From: Octopus vulgaris | Taxonomy: Eukaryota | Direction of reading: 5' to 3' | DNA: 64,000 nt | Assembly: GCA_951406725.2 (NCBI GenBank) | Contig: OX597833.1 | Location: 42,718,001-42,782,000 of the forward strand | Shown here: piece by piece, positions 14,101 through 28,225 of the stretch | Position numbering within the stretch: position 1 is the stretch's first letter | Layout: each line of letters opens with the position of its first letter | The notes under the pieces: generated by a model | Told to the model about the DNA's origin: nothing | Database searches by the model: none | What the model saw: the letters and a program-made list of their open reading frames with translations, nothing else | Program-made: the position numbers and the translations under genes

Positions 14101-14699
14101 GTAGTCACGACCAGAAGAGGTTCAAGTCTGGGATTATAAACAATTTCAATTTCCTAAAAATCTATTGATTGGTAATGCTACAGGGAAGCATTGTATGCTT
14201 GGGTAAAATTCTATAGGCATTTGTGAATTTGCCAAATAACATTTATCAGAGGGGGCGAGAATAGATTCGATCTTCAGCCGGATCTATGTGAGAATCGAAC
14301 CACTGCTTTCCTTTAGCAGAGAAAAGCGGGTGGTGTTCTTTTGTTATGTTATGGAGAAGGAAGTTGCGTGCTGGATTTAATTGAAAGGTTAGAGGTTAGA
14401 GCAGAATTTTACGTAAGACACTCCGAATCTTCCATACTCCGTTGTTTCCTCATTTTGGTGATTCTTAAAAGAAACCTACGTGAGGACCGCTAAGTTACGA
14501 GACGTGGCTTGATAGCAACTTAAACAGAAATACAGATATTTAAGCACACGCACTCCCCCTGTTTGTGTGTGTGTGTGTGTGTGTGTATGTATATTTGTGC
14601 TCACGTGCATGATTTACTAAAGTTGAACGTAGAAGTAAAGAGTTAAGAAGCAGATTTTTTAAAATTACACAACATATCCACGCGTATGTGTGCATTTTT

Positions 14700-16050
14700 T
14701 TTATATTACATGTTTTCCTGGATATTTGAGCTAAAAGAGTGATCCTTCAATCAATGTTTCCCTGCATGGTTTAAAAGATATTCGTATATTTGTCTTGAAA
14801 GTTTGTATTCGACCACTGAGATATTTCCTATTGTAATTCCAGATGTTCTTTCCATATGTTAATAACCCCGAACAAAAAAGCCCCTGTCCAATATGTGAAC
14901 CTTTGTATTAAGTAAGGAAGTGGTGTATAAAGGTATGAAAGCGTTAATTCTTGTAAAATAACGTCTTTAGCATTATAACATTCTATCCCTGTCTATTGAA
15001 GCGTGTACGCATTGTTGCAAAGTATAGAACGCTTTTGTTGCACTTACAACTGTCTGTCTCCCCCCACTCTCCCTCTCTTTCTCAACATGTAGGCTATTAA
15101 ATGCAGGAGTTCATGCAGCTTTTTATCGATTACAAGTGAGTATCATAGAAGTTTCTTCCCTAGATTTTTTTTAGTGAGTTGATTTTTCTCTGTAATTCAA
15201 TATAGTGCATCCCAAATTAGATAAGCATATTTCGTAAGGTTTCAGACTTGTTTTTAGTTTATACATGACCACTGTTTACGATCACGCATAAAATCCCAAG
15301 CTTCTTTTTCTTAGTTACCTTACGAAGCACAAAATGAAACTGAGGCTTCGATAGTCTATTTTCGATGAGAAAATTATTGCTTTGCCCCTTAATGTCTTAA
15401 ATATCATATTCCAGTAATTTGTCAAGGCTTTCAAGATCCAAGGTTTCTGTTTAAGCTGGCTGTTATACAGACGTATTCACCTTGGAATCATTGGTGTAGA
15501 AGCACACTTCTTTTTTATGAGCATAGATCATCTAGGAAAACTAAGAAGAGAAGCAGGTCAAGTTTTAACACCTGCAAGATTGTGTTAGTGACTGAAAGGT
15601 CAAGGGATCAAACAAAAAGAATGACCTTTATAGCTTTGCCATAAATGTAGCTTAAGAGCAATTTGCCGTACAAACTTTTGTATTTCAATTCATGCAGAGT
15701 CAGCGTGCCTTGACTGTCAAAAGCTGTCTTGGTGTGCAGAGCTATAGAACATTCTTTCTGTCGCATGTCCAAGTAATTGCTCTATATTTAATAAATGGTA
15801 CATAGAAGGATTCTGAAATTTCGTTAGGTCGAAAGACAAATTACCTCTGTTGTTCAGTTTGCTATTCTAATTATTGTATCTGGAAGAATGACATCACTAC
15901 ATCTCCCATCTCTGAACACGTGCATGTGAGGATCGCCCGCCCGCATGCCAGATATTCCGAGTGATGATATATAAAGTGATCTAAGCTAATGTACACAATA
16001 AGTATGCTCTATTCCAGGTACTGGGTTCTCTTAATTTAACGGTAAGAATA
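14700..16050 (-). mobile_element. Decayed CR1-group LINE reverse transcriptase and C-terminus
   Basis: Minus frames: *FVFRP (QFGFRP), IALHTKTAFDS (LDxxxAFD), LYGKLL, LLFLVFLDDL (PLLFLxFIDDL), CFYTNDS (YADD), LGILCVIVNS, and a terminal INIW...IQTFK. Confidence 0.75.
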
Positions 16051-16557
16051 TTTCAAAGCATAATCTCATGACTATGTGCTTCTACACATGTATACATCCC
16101 CTACACACATATATACACATACATACTCACGTACATACACTCACACATACATACATGCATATGCATACGTACGTACATATGTAATTTATGCGTTTGTGTT
16201 TGTGTGTGTGTGTGTGTGTGTGTGAGTGTGTGAGAAAGTGAGAGAAAGAGAGAGAGAGAGTGTGTGTGTGTGTGTGTGCGAGCTCACGCTTATTGGGTGT
16301 GTGGAATTTATTTTGCAAGTTTCTTGATGCAAAACCGTATGCTGAAACAGATATTGCTATATTCTGGGAGTGCCATCGGGTCATTCTGTTATTCTTTGAA
16401 GACTCTCCCATACAGATATAGAATTACTGGAATTCAATCTCGAGTTATATCGACGTCGGAAGTTTTCGGAATATTGATTTTTTGAGAATGATTAAATATA
16501 ATTTAATCAATGATTTCTAAATTTGGTACAAGGTTAGAAAGTCTAAGGAGAAGGTAT

Positions 16558-16795
16558 AATAAATAAATGCGCCCTTTTAAAGCCAGGCTCATGGGTCCGG
16601 TTTCACGGTTTCTATGGCGTATGTGTTCCCCAGTTGGACGGGACGCCAGTCCATCGCAGTGTTACACATTTTTGCCTACGTGAAATAAAGTGTTTTGCTC
16701 AAGAACACAACGCGCCACCCGGTCCAGGAATCGAAACCACAATCTTACGATCATGGTGTTGACACCCTAACCACTAAGCCACGCGCCTCCACAAT
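16558..16795 (-). mobile_element. SINE family C with TSD, inserted in an older family B relic
   Basis: Matches 3231-3492; 11-bp direct repeat ggagaaggtat at 16547-16557 and 16796-16806. Confidence 0.92.
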
Positions 16796-17067
16796 GGAGA
16801 AGGTATGGTTTATTTAATTGAATATAGATTTTGAATGACATCGTCATGAAGAAAGGACTGCACTGATACCAGTATTTGACTTGCAGTTTATTTTATTGAA
16901 ACCGCAAAGATGGAAAGCAATGTGGATGTCGGCGAGATTTGAACTTGGAACTTAGTTCAAGGAAATTACAATTCTTCAGACTCTCTAAAGATTCTTTCAA
17001 TGCACCAAAACTGCACATGGAACTGCGCTGATGTGTGCAGTGAAATTAGGTCATGAAAATGTATCGA

Positions 17068-17408
<341 letters not shown>

Positions 17409-17409
17409 A

Positions 17410-17600
17410 GAGGCATAGGCCAGCAATTTTGAGGGAAAGGCTAAGTCGATTAAATCGACCCAGTGCTCGACAGATACTTATTTCTTTGGCACCGCAAGGA
17501 TCAAACGCAAAGTCAACTTCGGCGGAATTCGAATTTCGGATGTAAAGAGCCGGAAGAAATGCAGCATACTTTTTGTCCGAGCAGCTAACGATCCTGACAG
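17410..17600 (-). mobile_element. SINE family B, decayed
   Basis: ggccagcaattttgaggg...aagtcaacttcggcggaattcgaa...ctaacgatcctg. Confidence 0.8.
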
Positions 17601-18221
17601 TTCGAAATGTAGAAACAGCTACGGCTGACTTATCTCTAAATACTATGAAAATTACAGTCTGCAAATCCATAATACTATTAGTATTAAAGATTTGCAGATT
17701 GTTAACATTAATAATGTATAACACGAATAAGAACTTTCAATTCACAGAAGCAAACAAAACATTAAAAATATTAAAACATTTCCAATAAATAAATCAAATG
17801 TGGAGGGAATGTTTGCTAATCAGTTGATGCTATGTCAAAGTACATTCTGTCTTATTGTAAATAATAGCTACATTCCATTTTACGCTCAATATTGCAATAC
17901 ACTTTATATTGAACAACACTAATATTCTAAGAAACTAGAAATTTGTGTACAGTTAAAGATTGCTAGTTTGTACACTATTAAAGTAAATATTGAACTTCTC
18001 CGTTTAATATTTACTTTAACAGTACACAAACTAAAAGTGAAGACACCAAATATATAATGCACAAGGGCATTTATTATAAGAGTGACATATGCAAGTTTTA
18101 CAATATAACCAAATTTGTGCCAGTGAAAATTTTACGTCCAGTTTACTATGTCGAGTAAATACGCATTATCGAGCATTCATATTTTCCGGATATGAATGTG
18201 TGTGTGTAAATATATTATCCG

Positions 18222-18266
<45 letters not shown>

Positions 18267-18346
18267 CATACGTATTTATATATCGAACCCATGTAGTTGT
18301 TCAATAAGCTATTTCGCGTCTAAATCGGCGGATGAATTTGTCAGCA

Positions 18347-18418
18347 AGCAGTTTAGCTTAATGGTAAAGCTTTCAGCCGGAGTCTTTCGGGATGTGGGTT
18401 CGAATCTCATGGCTGCTT
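18347..18418 (+). pseudogene. tRNA-like element (pseudo-tRNA or SINE head)
   Basis: 72 nt with canonical spacing: acceptor agcagtt/ggctgct, D arm gctt-aatggta-aagc, T arm gtggg-ttcgaat-ctcat; anticodon stem pairs only 2 of 5. Confidence 0.6.
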
Positions 18419-18654
18419 GCTGACAAACTTTTCCGCCTTGTAAGGGCAATTTACCCAGTATTTCTGTTGTTTTAATGGCAATTCTGCGTTCGAAAACATA
18501 TAATCTTATTTGTATCGTACAATACACATTCAGACGCCTCAAATACTTATTATTAGAATATTTACATAAACATGCTTCCTGTTAGACCTCCAAAAATATC
18601 TAAATTTGATCGAATTACAAATGTACATACACAAAACATGCATATATACGCCTG

Positions 18655-18746
<92 letters not shown>

Positions 18747-18750
18747 AAAC

Positions 18751-18955
18751 AAGGCTGTGTAGATATTAGAACATTTATAGATAGAAGCTCTTACAGCTGT
18801 TTCCAGGATATTCATTAATTATATCCCTTCATAGGAGACGATGTGAGAGGATGGTTAAGTAATAGTAAATTTAGATAGGATACAAAGTAGAGAGTTACGT
18901 GGGGGAAAGAAAATAGATATGAAGGGATATTGAAGTTGTAGATTAATTTTTTTAG
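18751..18955 (-). mobile_element. Short Penelope-like relic with decayed hammerhead motif (18789-18838)
   Basis: Minus strand: ctatga-agggatat...atatcctg-GAAA-cagctg-TA-agag; core damaged, stem II and palindromic stem III retained; lies among (TA)n/(GA)n. Confidence 0.5.
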
Positions 18956-18990
18956 TATATATTTGTATGTATATATATACGTATACACAC

Positions 18991-19037
<47 letters not shown>

Positions 19038-19040
<3 letters not shown>

Positions 19041-19240
19041 AGAGTTTACGAAAAAAACAAAAGACGAAGACAGGTGGTGTACAAAACAAACAGATGTATT
19101 AATATAACACTCAGGAATAGAAAAAGTCTTTTACGTTTCGAGCCTACGCTCTTCTACAGAAAGGGACATAGGAAAAAACAAGGAGAGAAACAAGAAGAGA
19201 AAAAAATGTGTGTAGTGGCTAACGATCTATCATGCCGACT
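19038..19240 (-). mobile_element. Short hammerhead-containing element, copy 2 (same family as 1531-1718)
   Basis: Reverse complement aligns with 1531-1718; motif cttt-CTGTAGA-A-GAGCgtagGCTC-GAAA-CG-TA-aaag at 19126-19167; flanked by (TA)n and (TC)n(TA)n. Confidence 0.7.
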
Positions 19241-19266
19241 GATCTCTCTCTCTCTCTCTCTCTCTC

Positions 19267-19317
<51 letters not shown>

Positions 19318-19878
19318 TTGAGTTACATAACATACATACACATAATTACATTTATTAGTCAGTTAATACTTGAATATTTTGCTGTCTTCATTCATGAGCC
19401 TATAGTTTTTTGCCGATAGCATTGTTCTTGGCATTTATTTCAGTTTGGCACATACATCCTCGATCAGTGTTTATTGAATGGTTAAGTTGCACTATGACGT
19501 GCTACCTACGCAACACAATCTAGTAATTTACAACGCTATTCCTGATTACAGACAACAGCATGCATATACACATATTCATTGTGTCTGTCAGTAGTTTCCT
19601 GTCTCACTTCTACGTTGTTCTCCTTCACTTTTAATCCTTGCCTGTCAATCACTATAGTAGTATTTCCTACATCACTAACATAGCCAAAGTAGTAGTAACA
19701 TGGAATGTAAAGTCTTGAGACTTCAAACGTGCGGAAACTGTAATCAGTCTGGTTTCCATGGCCTATGAGAGTATTTCTATTGTTATTTTCCTTTGTCCTT
19801 TTCCGTTAACGTTTCCTCGTTCATTTTAGATTTTTCACTATATATATGTATATATATATATATATATCTGTAAATGTA

Positions 19879-20003
19879 ATATGTGACAATTATTCGGTAG
19901 CCCTGATAAAACTCCGAGTTTCGGATGTCGGGATGGAAATCCACGTCGCTATCTCTTCAGACATCCGGAGTTTTATCATGGCTACCGAATAATTGTCACA
20001 TAT
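19879..20003 (-). repeat. 38-bp inverted repeat enclosing a hammerhead-like core
   Basis: Arms 19879-19916 and 19966-20003 (1 mismatch); the minus strand of the spacer reads CTGAAGA-gatagcg...cgacatcc-GAAA-ctcggag-TT. Confidence 0.8.
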
Positions 20004-20051
20004 AAATTCCTCACAGATAAATTCCTCTATTTACACACACACACAAACATA

Positions 20052-20113
<62 letters not shown>

Positions 20114-20253
20114 TACACACGAGTGAATGTACAAACGAAAGAAAGTGACCGCCTGAGCCCAATGAGCAAGGTTCTTGTAACGAGCCTACGAAACTTAAAG
20201 TTGCATAGAGCCCAACCAAACTGTCTTAAATAATGATGATGATGATGATGATG

Positions 20254-20308
<55 letters not shown>

Positions 20309-20316
20309 CAACAACA

Positions 20317-20866
20317 ACCCTGACGCAGTACCAGGCAGTGGCTCTCATGGCTTTAGATCATAACTGATTGAAGGTGTTACCATGTACATTGTTTTGTCTT
20401 GGTATAAAATATGAGCTACAGTAAATATTGTTTTATACCACACATTTGCTTGTCAGTTGTTTGACACATTAACTAGTTAAGCGAGCTCCCTAGCGGCTGA
20501 CTATATGTGCATCTCTGATCACGAGCAGAAGTAGTGGAGCAGTATCATAGCCATGTGTTGAGAAGAGTTCCTTGGGGTTTTAATAAATCACCTCTGGAAA
20601 AATGGGTGTTTCGTTCATCAACCTTAAAACAAACCTTTTCAGAGACCTTTTGAATGGGATAGGCTAATCGACCAGAGGAAAATTCTACCTGGGTCCCACT
20701 TGTAAGGTCATGCGCTGTTTATCTTGATATGTGATCACCGTGTCGCGTACATATGGTTATGATGCATATGCCTGATGTACTCTTATGTTCAGTCATGATG
20801 GGTATACTGGGCTTCTTATATTTGTAACTCAATGTCACTTTGATGGCATGCACTGCTCTCTCACTC
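20317..20866. mobile_element. About 550-bp non-coding insertion between (AAT)n tracts (unclassified)
   Basis: Complex sequence sharply bounded by (AAT/AAC)n on the left and (AAT)n on the right; single copy in this window. Confidence 0.45.
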
Positions 20867-20917
<51 letters not shown>

Positions 20918-21006
20918 TATGATGATAATAATGATAATAATATGCACACGCAGACACACATATATAAATGCAAACACACACACACATATACATATATACA
21001 CACATA

Positions 21007-21071
<65 letters not shown>

Positions 21072-21804
21072 TTTATATATAGATATATACACACTTTTAT
21101 ATATAGATATATATACGCATACATATGTACATAATGTATATATATATACATACACACGTATATACACACACTCACTCACACAGACACATACACGTCCGTT
21201 CGGGTTTATAAACGGGAGAAAAATACATAATACATGCAGTAGAGTTTATTTATTTCGCCGAAGCTGATAATTTACGCAACACAGAGTTACAGTCCAATTA
21301 GCTTTGTCGGATGAAGGAATATTTATAAGCAAGAAAATCGGGTTCTGAAACAGCATATGATGAATATTATAACGATTCAAATTTGAGCCTCATTTTTATG
21401 CAGCACCGTGTGTTATAACGGCCGTCTAATGTGTTTAACAGCTTTATAAATACAGCAGAAAATAGGAAGTAGGTAGGGAAATTGTATACATACGCGTGAA
21501 AATTAATACTTATACTGCACTCTGGTGTATATTAATGTATAGTTATATACATTTATGCATACATACATATACTCACTCGTACACACATATAGATATTCTA
21601 TATTCTGTATGATATACTCATTATAAATGACAATTTTGAAGAATGGTGAGGATAGTATTTGTGGGTAGATGTATGTGTGAATGCAATTACATACACCCAC
21701 AAATAGTGTTTCCACCAATATGTGTGTGTGTGTATGTGTGCGTGTATATGCATATATGTATATGTGTGTGTATGTATACATGTATGTATGCCTCTGTCTA
21801 TCTA

Positions 21805-21841
<37 letters not shown>

Positions 21842-22097
21842 GTCTATCTCTCTCTATATATATATATATACACACACATACATATCTATATATGCACAAG
21901 TTGCAGAAGTGTGTGTGTGTGTGTGAGTGTGTATGTGTGTGTGTATGTATGTGTGTACATGTGTTTGTTGTAAATATGTGTGTGAGTAAATTTGCTTTTT
22001 TGTGTGTGTTATCGAATCCCTAGAAGTTGCTCTACCACAATTTCATAACTAACAACAACAAAAACATCATCATCAACAACAAGAACAAGAACAACAT

Positions 22098-22151
<54 letters not shown>

Positions 22152-22419
22152 TATTCCCACTTATTACAAATTCATCTATTCTGAACGGTCATTTGGCAGG
22201 AAACGGAAGATTATTACGCTAAATAGATACCTTGACTATATGTACCTAGGCACAAATGAACCTCACAAGAGGCTTCTTCATTTGTCTAATCGAAACGTCA
22301 TTTCGCTGAGTATATTCTATAAATTATTTGAAAATAGTTGGTGCTGACAGTAATTCTATTCCCGTTTCAGTATGCTTTATGATTAAATCATGCTGAAGTC
22401 ACTCCGTTGCTGCTGTTGT

Positions 22420-22504
<85 letters not shown>

Positions 22505-22514
22505 ACTACTTGTG

Positions 22515-23060
22515 GTTTGGAATATAGACAGAAGGCTGGCAATTTTGAAGGGAGAGGACTTTGTTTTATTGACCCCGGATTTAGGGTGGGGTGGGGGCTG
22601 GCATTTAGAGTAATGTCAAAGGTTAACCTTTTTTTTTTTGGAACTTGAACTTAGAACGTAAAGAATCAGAACAAATATCGCGATACTCGATTGAGACGTG
22701 TCTTGAGTAAGAGAAGGAGAAACCTCAGTAATGGACTGGAAGGATGAAAAGCAAAACAGAGCGCGACAGAGTTTGGATTTAGAACGTAACTAAAGGCCGC
22801 AGGGCCTTATTTTCGGTGCTTTAGCGATCTTGCAAATTCACCGCTGTTTAGAATAACAATAATGATTTCTTACTCGGGGTAGAAGGTCATACTTATTGGA
22901 AAAGAGATGACTTGACTCGATTGTCTGACTAGTACTATATTTTACCGAGCCTGTGAGGAAGCATAGTAATGCTGATCTGTGCGGGTTTTGATCCAAAAGA
23001 TTGTATAGAGAAATAAGTATGTACCAAGAGTCATTTTCCCCGAAGCTTTCTCGATTCTCT
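22515..23060 (-). mobile_element. Cluster of about 3 decayed family B SINEs
   Basis: Repeated ggcaattttgaaggg...gacccc...gaacttagaacgtaaag motifs. Confidence 0.6.
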
Positions 23061-23750
23061 CGTCAGCAACTACTTATTTTACTCTCTACAAGAAAGCATC
23101 ATTGCATCACAGTTCTCTTATGATCAGCTCATTATTTCAACCTTCACGATTTACTCCACAGATTGGGCGTCGCTATCTCTCTTGACAAAGCACATCCTCA
23201 ACATAACTTGGATCGCAACCTAATGACTGGGTCTTCTCTTCAAGACCAAAAAATATTTCAATCCTCAACAATTATTGACATTCGATAAGGTTCAGGTAAC
23301 ACCTCCAAAGCAATATTGCTCCCACATCTTAGACACTGAAGCTACTGCACATTCTGGACTACATCAAGTAACGGACCCTCGACAGATTAGCATAAAGTCG
23401 CTAACAGACACACTCCGGCTACTGGTTCACAGATATGCTGTTCTCTCTCGCTCTCTATCTTTCTATTAATATTCTACTGGCCTCTGCTCCACAGACACAG
23501 TTGGCCCTTTGCCATCTCTAAACAAGAATTTCTGACTACTCTCGTTTCTTCTCCCTACTCCAGCAACCCTTGTATCCAACCACTCAGGCCTTGCACGAAT
23601 CATTACACCCAGTTCTTGGTGCCCAGAACGTAGGTTTTTCTCCTGCTCACGTCTTTCTCGCAGATGTTGATTTACAAAAGTTCATGAGGGACATTAATGG
23701 CACCAGTCTCACCGGTTTGGGCGGAGTTTAAAGGCTATTGTCACTGTACT
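23060..23750 (+). mobile_element. Decayed LINE ORF2 3' part (CR1/Jockey group)
   Basis: GLLFKTKKYFNPQQLLTFDKVQVTPPKQYCSHILD (cf. LLxLYKAQVRPxMEYCSHIW), LTDTLRLLVHR, GLCS. Confidence 0.75.
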
Positions 23751-24257
23751 TTCACTTTCCACAAGAGCCAATATAAAAGAACAAGAACTACCTCACCTGC
23801 ACCATAATGACGTCACACACACACACGTACACGTACACACAGCATTACTATCACAGAGACATTTCAACCACCGTTAATCTTAGCATCCAAGTACGATTAT
23901 TACCAGCAGTAGTAGCGCTACCAAAACCACAACAAAAGTACTTCAATCAAAAACAAACAAGAATCAACACCATCCCCAAACAAAAAAGAATAAATGAACA
24001 CCATGATGACCGTTATCAATAGGAGAAGCAGTAGCCGCATCAGCGACAACAAACACAACATCACTTACAGAAACAACAACTGAAATAACAATTACAACTA
24101 GTAAGAAAACGAAACAGTACAATAAAAATAAAAATATAAAAAAAGCAGCAACAACAGTATCAACAGTAAGAACGGCGAAAAATAAATAAATAAAATTATT
24201 TATTAAAATGACTCCTCATGAAATCGTTACAGAAATAATTGGCACAACTACAGCTAT

Positions 24258-24461
24258 ACCACCACCGCCACCACCACCGCCGCCGCCACCACCACCACCA
24301 CCACCACCACCACCACCACCACCACCACCACCACCTCCACAACCACCACCACCACCACTACCACCACCACCACCTCCACCACCACCACCACCACCACCAC
24401 CACCACCACCACCACCACCACCACCACCACCACCACCACCACCACCACCACCACCACCACC
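24258..24461. repeat. (ACC)n microsatellite
   Basis: Direct inspection; source of the poly-Pro, poly-His and poly-Gly ORFs. Confidence 0.97.
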
Positions 24462-24969
24462 ATACAACCACCAGCAGCACCGGCAGCATCAGCAGCAGCA
24501 TCAGCATCGTCATCGATAACATCAAAAGCGATTCCCACTACTGCCAGCATCATCATGCTCATCATCAACGACTCTGACATCAACGATAAGAAGAAGAACA
24601 ACAACAATAAGAACAACCACCACAACAACCCTAACAATGGCCGCAATATCAAGTAGTAACAATGGCTGCCAAAAACACAATACTGCACTTGACGTTTAAG
24701 TACAAATTAGCTTCATTACTTAAAGCGTGAATAATGACTCATTTATATTTGTGTGTGTGTGTGCGTGTGTGTGTGTGTGCGTGTATGTGTGTGTGTGCGT
24801 GTGGTTGTGTGTGTGTGTGTGCGTATATATACATATATACTGATGTGTAAGAATCAGTGTATATATTAATTCAACTACATGAAAATAATTTGACCATATG
24901 TATGCAAACCTATGCATAGAAACATACATGCTTTTATATACACACACACATATTAGTAAATGATAATAG

Positions 24970-25012
<43 letters not shown>

Positions 25013-25092
25013 TATACATACATATATATATATATATTTATTTATATGTATATATATATATATACATATATATACATATATATACATACATA

Positions 25093-25169
<77 letters not shown>

Positions 25170-26794
25170 ACACACGCATGCGAACACAATACAGACACAT
25201 TGTTGGAACAAAGCCAGCATAACTCTTTTCCTTAACCTCACTACCACCAACAACACGCCCATCAACGTCACCAACGCCATAATCGCCATTATCAGCAACA
25301 AGTATAGAGGCAGCAGTAGCAGCAGCAGCAGCATGTTGGGCTACAGTGATGCAACAGTGAGCCAACCAAGGATCCTACACTTGGTCTCACGGCCTGCTAA
25401 AAATGGCTACCAAATTTCCTGAATCACACTCTACTGCCTATCCGCAGATAAGGAAAAGGAAAGACCCATGGAAAAATATAAGCATTGATATCCCAAAAGC
25501 TGAAGGCTGTCCTGGGATTGATGAATAACTATAACAACTCTAGCGATAACAGCAGCAAAATCAGAAGCGAGAATAACTACTAAAGCAACAGTAGCTATAT
25601 TTTGGCAACAATGATCAGTCCGAACATACCACCATGCCAGCCTTGGTTAAGTAATCCGAACGTCAACCAAGCATTATCGACCGATATATGAAACTGTAAT
25701 AAACGATGTCACTTCCATGAAGACATTCAAGGACGATAACCCTGGTATGCTGCAATAAGGCACACCACCTAAATTTCTTCACGATCCACCATCCAGAGGA
25801 GGATTTGAACCCAGAGTTACTAACTTACGAAGCTTCAATAAATTTATACAGTACTATCCTTGGGACCATTAGTGCTGATACAATGCCGTTCGGAGAACTA
25901 TTTTCTATGGTCAGATGGTGACATCGTATTTCCCTAACCATACACATTGAAGCTTAACACCCACCGCCTCACTTCACATTAATTCATATCTGCTCATATT
26001 AATTGGTTCGCGTTTCTTTTTAGGCAAACATACGGACGTTTCTCTTTAGTTGATGAGGTAAAAACAATATTGAACCATGGCAGAATTTTTCATCCAGTTT
26101 AGTTGTTAAATAAACTTAATGCCAGTAATCACTGACTGCTATCTTTCTACTTTTGCTCTTGCCGTATTTCTTGTCAGTTTTTCTATTACTTCATGCATTA
26201 AATTATACGCCAGCTTATCTATATAATATGTAACTATACAAATGGTGTCTTTTAATTATATAATTTTCCACAAGTCTTGTATTTTCCTATACCAACAATT
26301 AAGCAATTTACATATTTTAATTAGAGTTTCATTCATCACTGTCTTGGCAACTGTGGTGAAGGTTATTTCGATGATGAGGTCAGAGTGAGGCCTAAACATA
26401 TACAAATTTATTTCTCGTAATTACTGGAAAAAATGAAAACAATAATCCTCATTCACGAATATTGGTTTCTTGATTTCCTCGCCTCATATTTTTATTTAGC
26501 TTTTCAATGTTTATTTTCTTAAATATGTTGATAACTTCACTAGAGGAAGTCGGATATTGGTCGCAATACGCCAGTATATTTTCTTCTTTGTCTTACTGCA
26601 TTCAACTGCATTCTCTCCTAAGGATATGATCATCACATGTAGAGATAACACACTAACACACACATCTCCCCCCTCTCTCTCTCTCTCTCTCTCGCTCTAG
26701 CACACACACACATACACACCTATACACACAAACATACACTTGTGCACGCATATACACACATTCACACATACCTACATCTCCCGCCCATATATAT

Positions 26795-27201
26795 TCTCTT
26801 TCTTCTTTACTTATTTCAGTCATTTGACTGCGGCCATGCTGGAGCACCGCCTTTAGTCGAATCAATCGATCCCCCCCCGGACTTATTCTTTGTAAGCCTA
26901 TTACTTTATCTATCGGTCACTTTTGCCGAACCGCTAAGTGACGGAGACCTAAACACATCAGCATCGGTTGTCAAGCGATGGTGGTGGGCAAACACAGACA
27001 CACAAACATATACACACATATACGTATATATAGATATATACGACGGGCTTCTTTCAGTTTCCGTCTACCAAATCCACTCACAAGGCTTAGGTCGGCCCGA
27101 GGCTATAGTAGAAGACACTTTCCCAAGGTGCCATGCAGTGGGACTGAACTGGGAACCATGTGGTTGGTAAGCAAGCTACATACCATACAGCCACTCCTGT
27201 G

Positions 27202-27204
<3 letters not shown>
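26795..27204 (-). mobile_element. SINE family A, full length
   Basis: Aligns end to end with 39995-40434. Confidence 0.92.
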
Positions 27205-27261
<57 letters not shown>

Positions 27262-27430
27262 TATATAGTTATTATGGTAGCCACAGTAAAATCCAGTGTT
27301 GTGTAAATGAGGGTAACTTAGCTTAATTACTGATCGTTAAATTAAGAACCAAACGAAAGCAATTCCTGGGATCGATATAGCTGATTGAAATACCATTGAA
27401 GATAGTGTTCCAGCAAACATGGCTGCAACC

Positions 27431-27674
27431 TGGTTTGAAATTCTGGCACAAGACCAACAATTTTAGGGGAAGCGGGGCAAATCGATTACATTGACCGGTA
27501 CTTGACTGGAATTTTATCCCCTGGACTCCAAAAAGATTAAAGGGAAAGACTTCGGCTTAATTTGAATGCAGAACATAAAGAGCCGTCAGAAACGCTGCAA
27601 AGCATTTTGCCCGACCTGCTAACGATTCTGCCAGCTTATCGTCTTAATAATAATAATAGTAGTAGTAGTAGTAA

Positions 27675-27724
<50 letters not shown>

Positions 27725-27989
27725 ATGGTAATAAGCCTTTCTACTAAAGGCACAAGGCTTGAGATTTGTTGGGGAGGGGTTGGGGCAAGTCGATTACATC
27801 AACTCCACAGTGTTTCACTGGTGCTTAATTTATAGACCCCTCGAAAGGATGAAAGACAAAGTCGACCTCGGTGGAATTTGAACTTAGAACGTAAAGACGG
27901 ACGATATGCCACTATGCTAACGATTTGCTAACGATTCTGCCAATCACCGCCCTAATAATAACAATAATAACAATAACAACAACAACGCC

Positions 27990-28040
<51 letters not shown>

Positions 28041-28131
28041 AATAATAATAATAATAATGAAGATGAAGATGATGATGATGATAATAATAATAATAATAAT
28101 GAAGATGATGATAATAATAATAATAATAGTA

Positions 28132-28225
<94 letters not shown>

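Noticed and set aside
19701-19712. tggaatgtaaag, matching the first 12 nt of miR-1
   Set aside because: Similarity stops at 12 nt and no precursor hairpin is evident.
24208-24519. Poly-proline ORF (formin- or extensin-like)
   Set aside because: Almost pure CCA codons, so a microsatellite; no flanking domain.
26369-26405. gatgatgaggtc...ggcctaaac, hammerhead-like
   Set aside because: Both core halves are mutated and stems I and III are absent.
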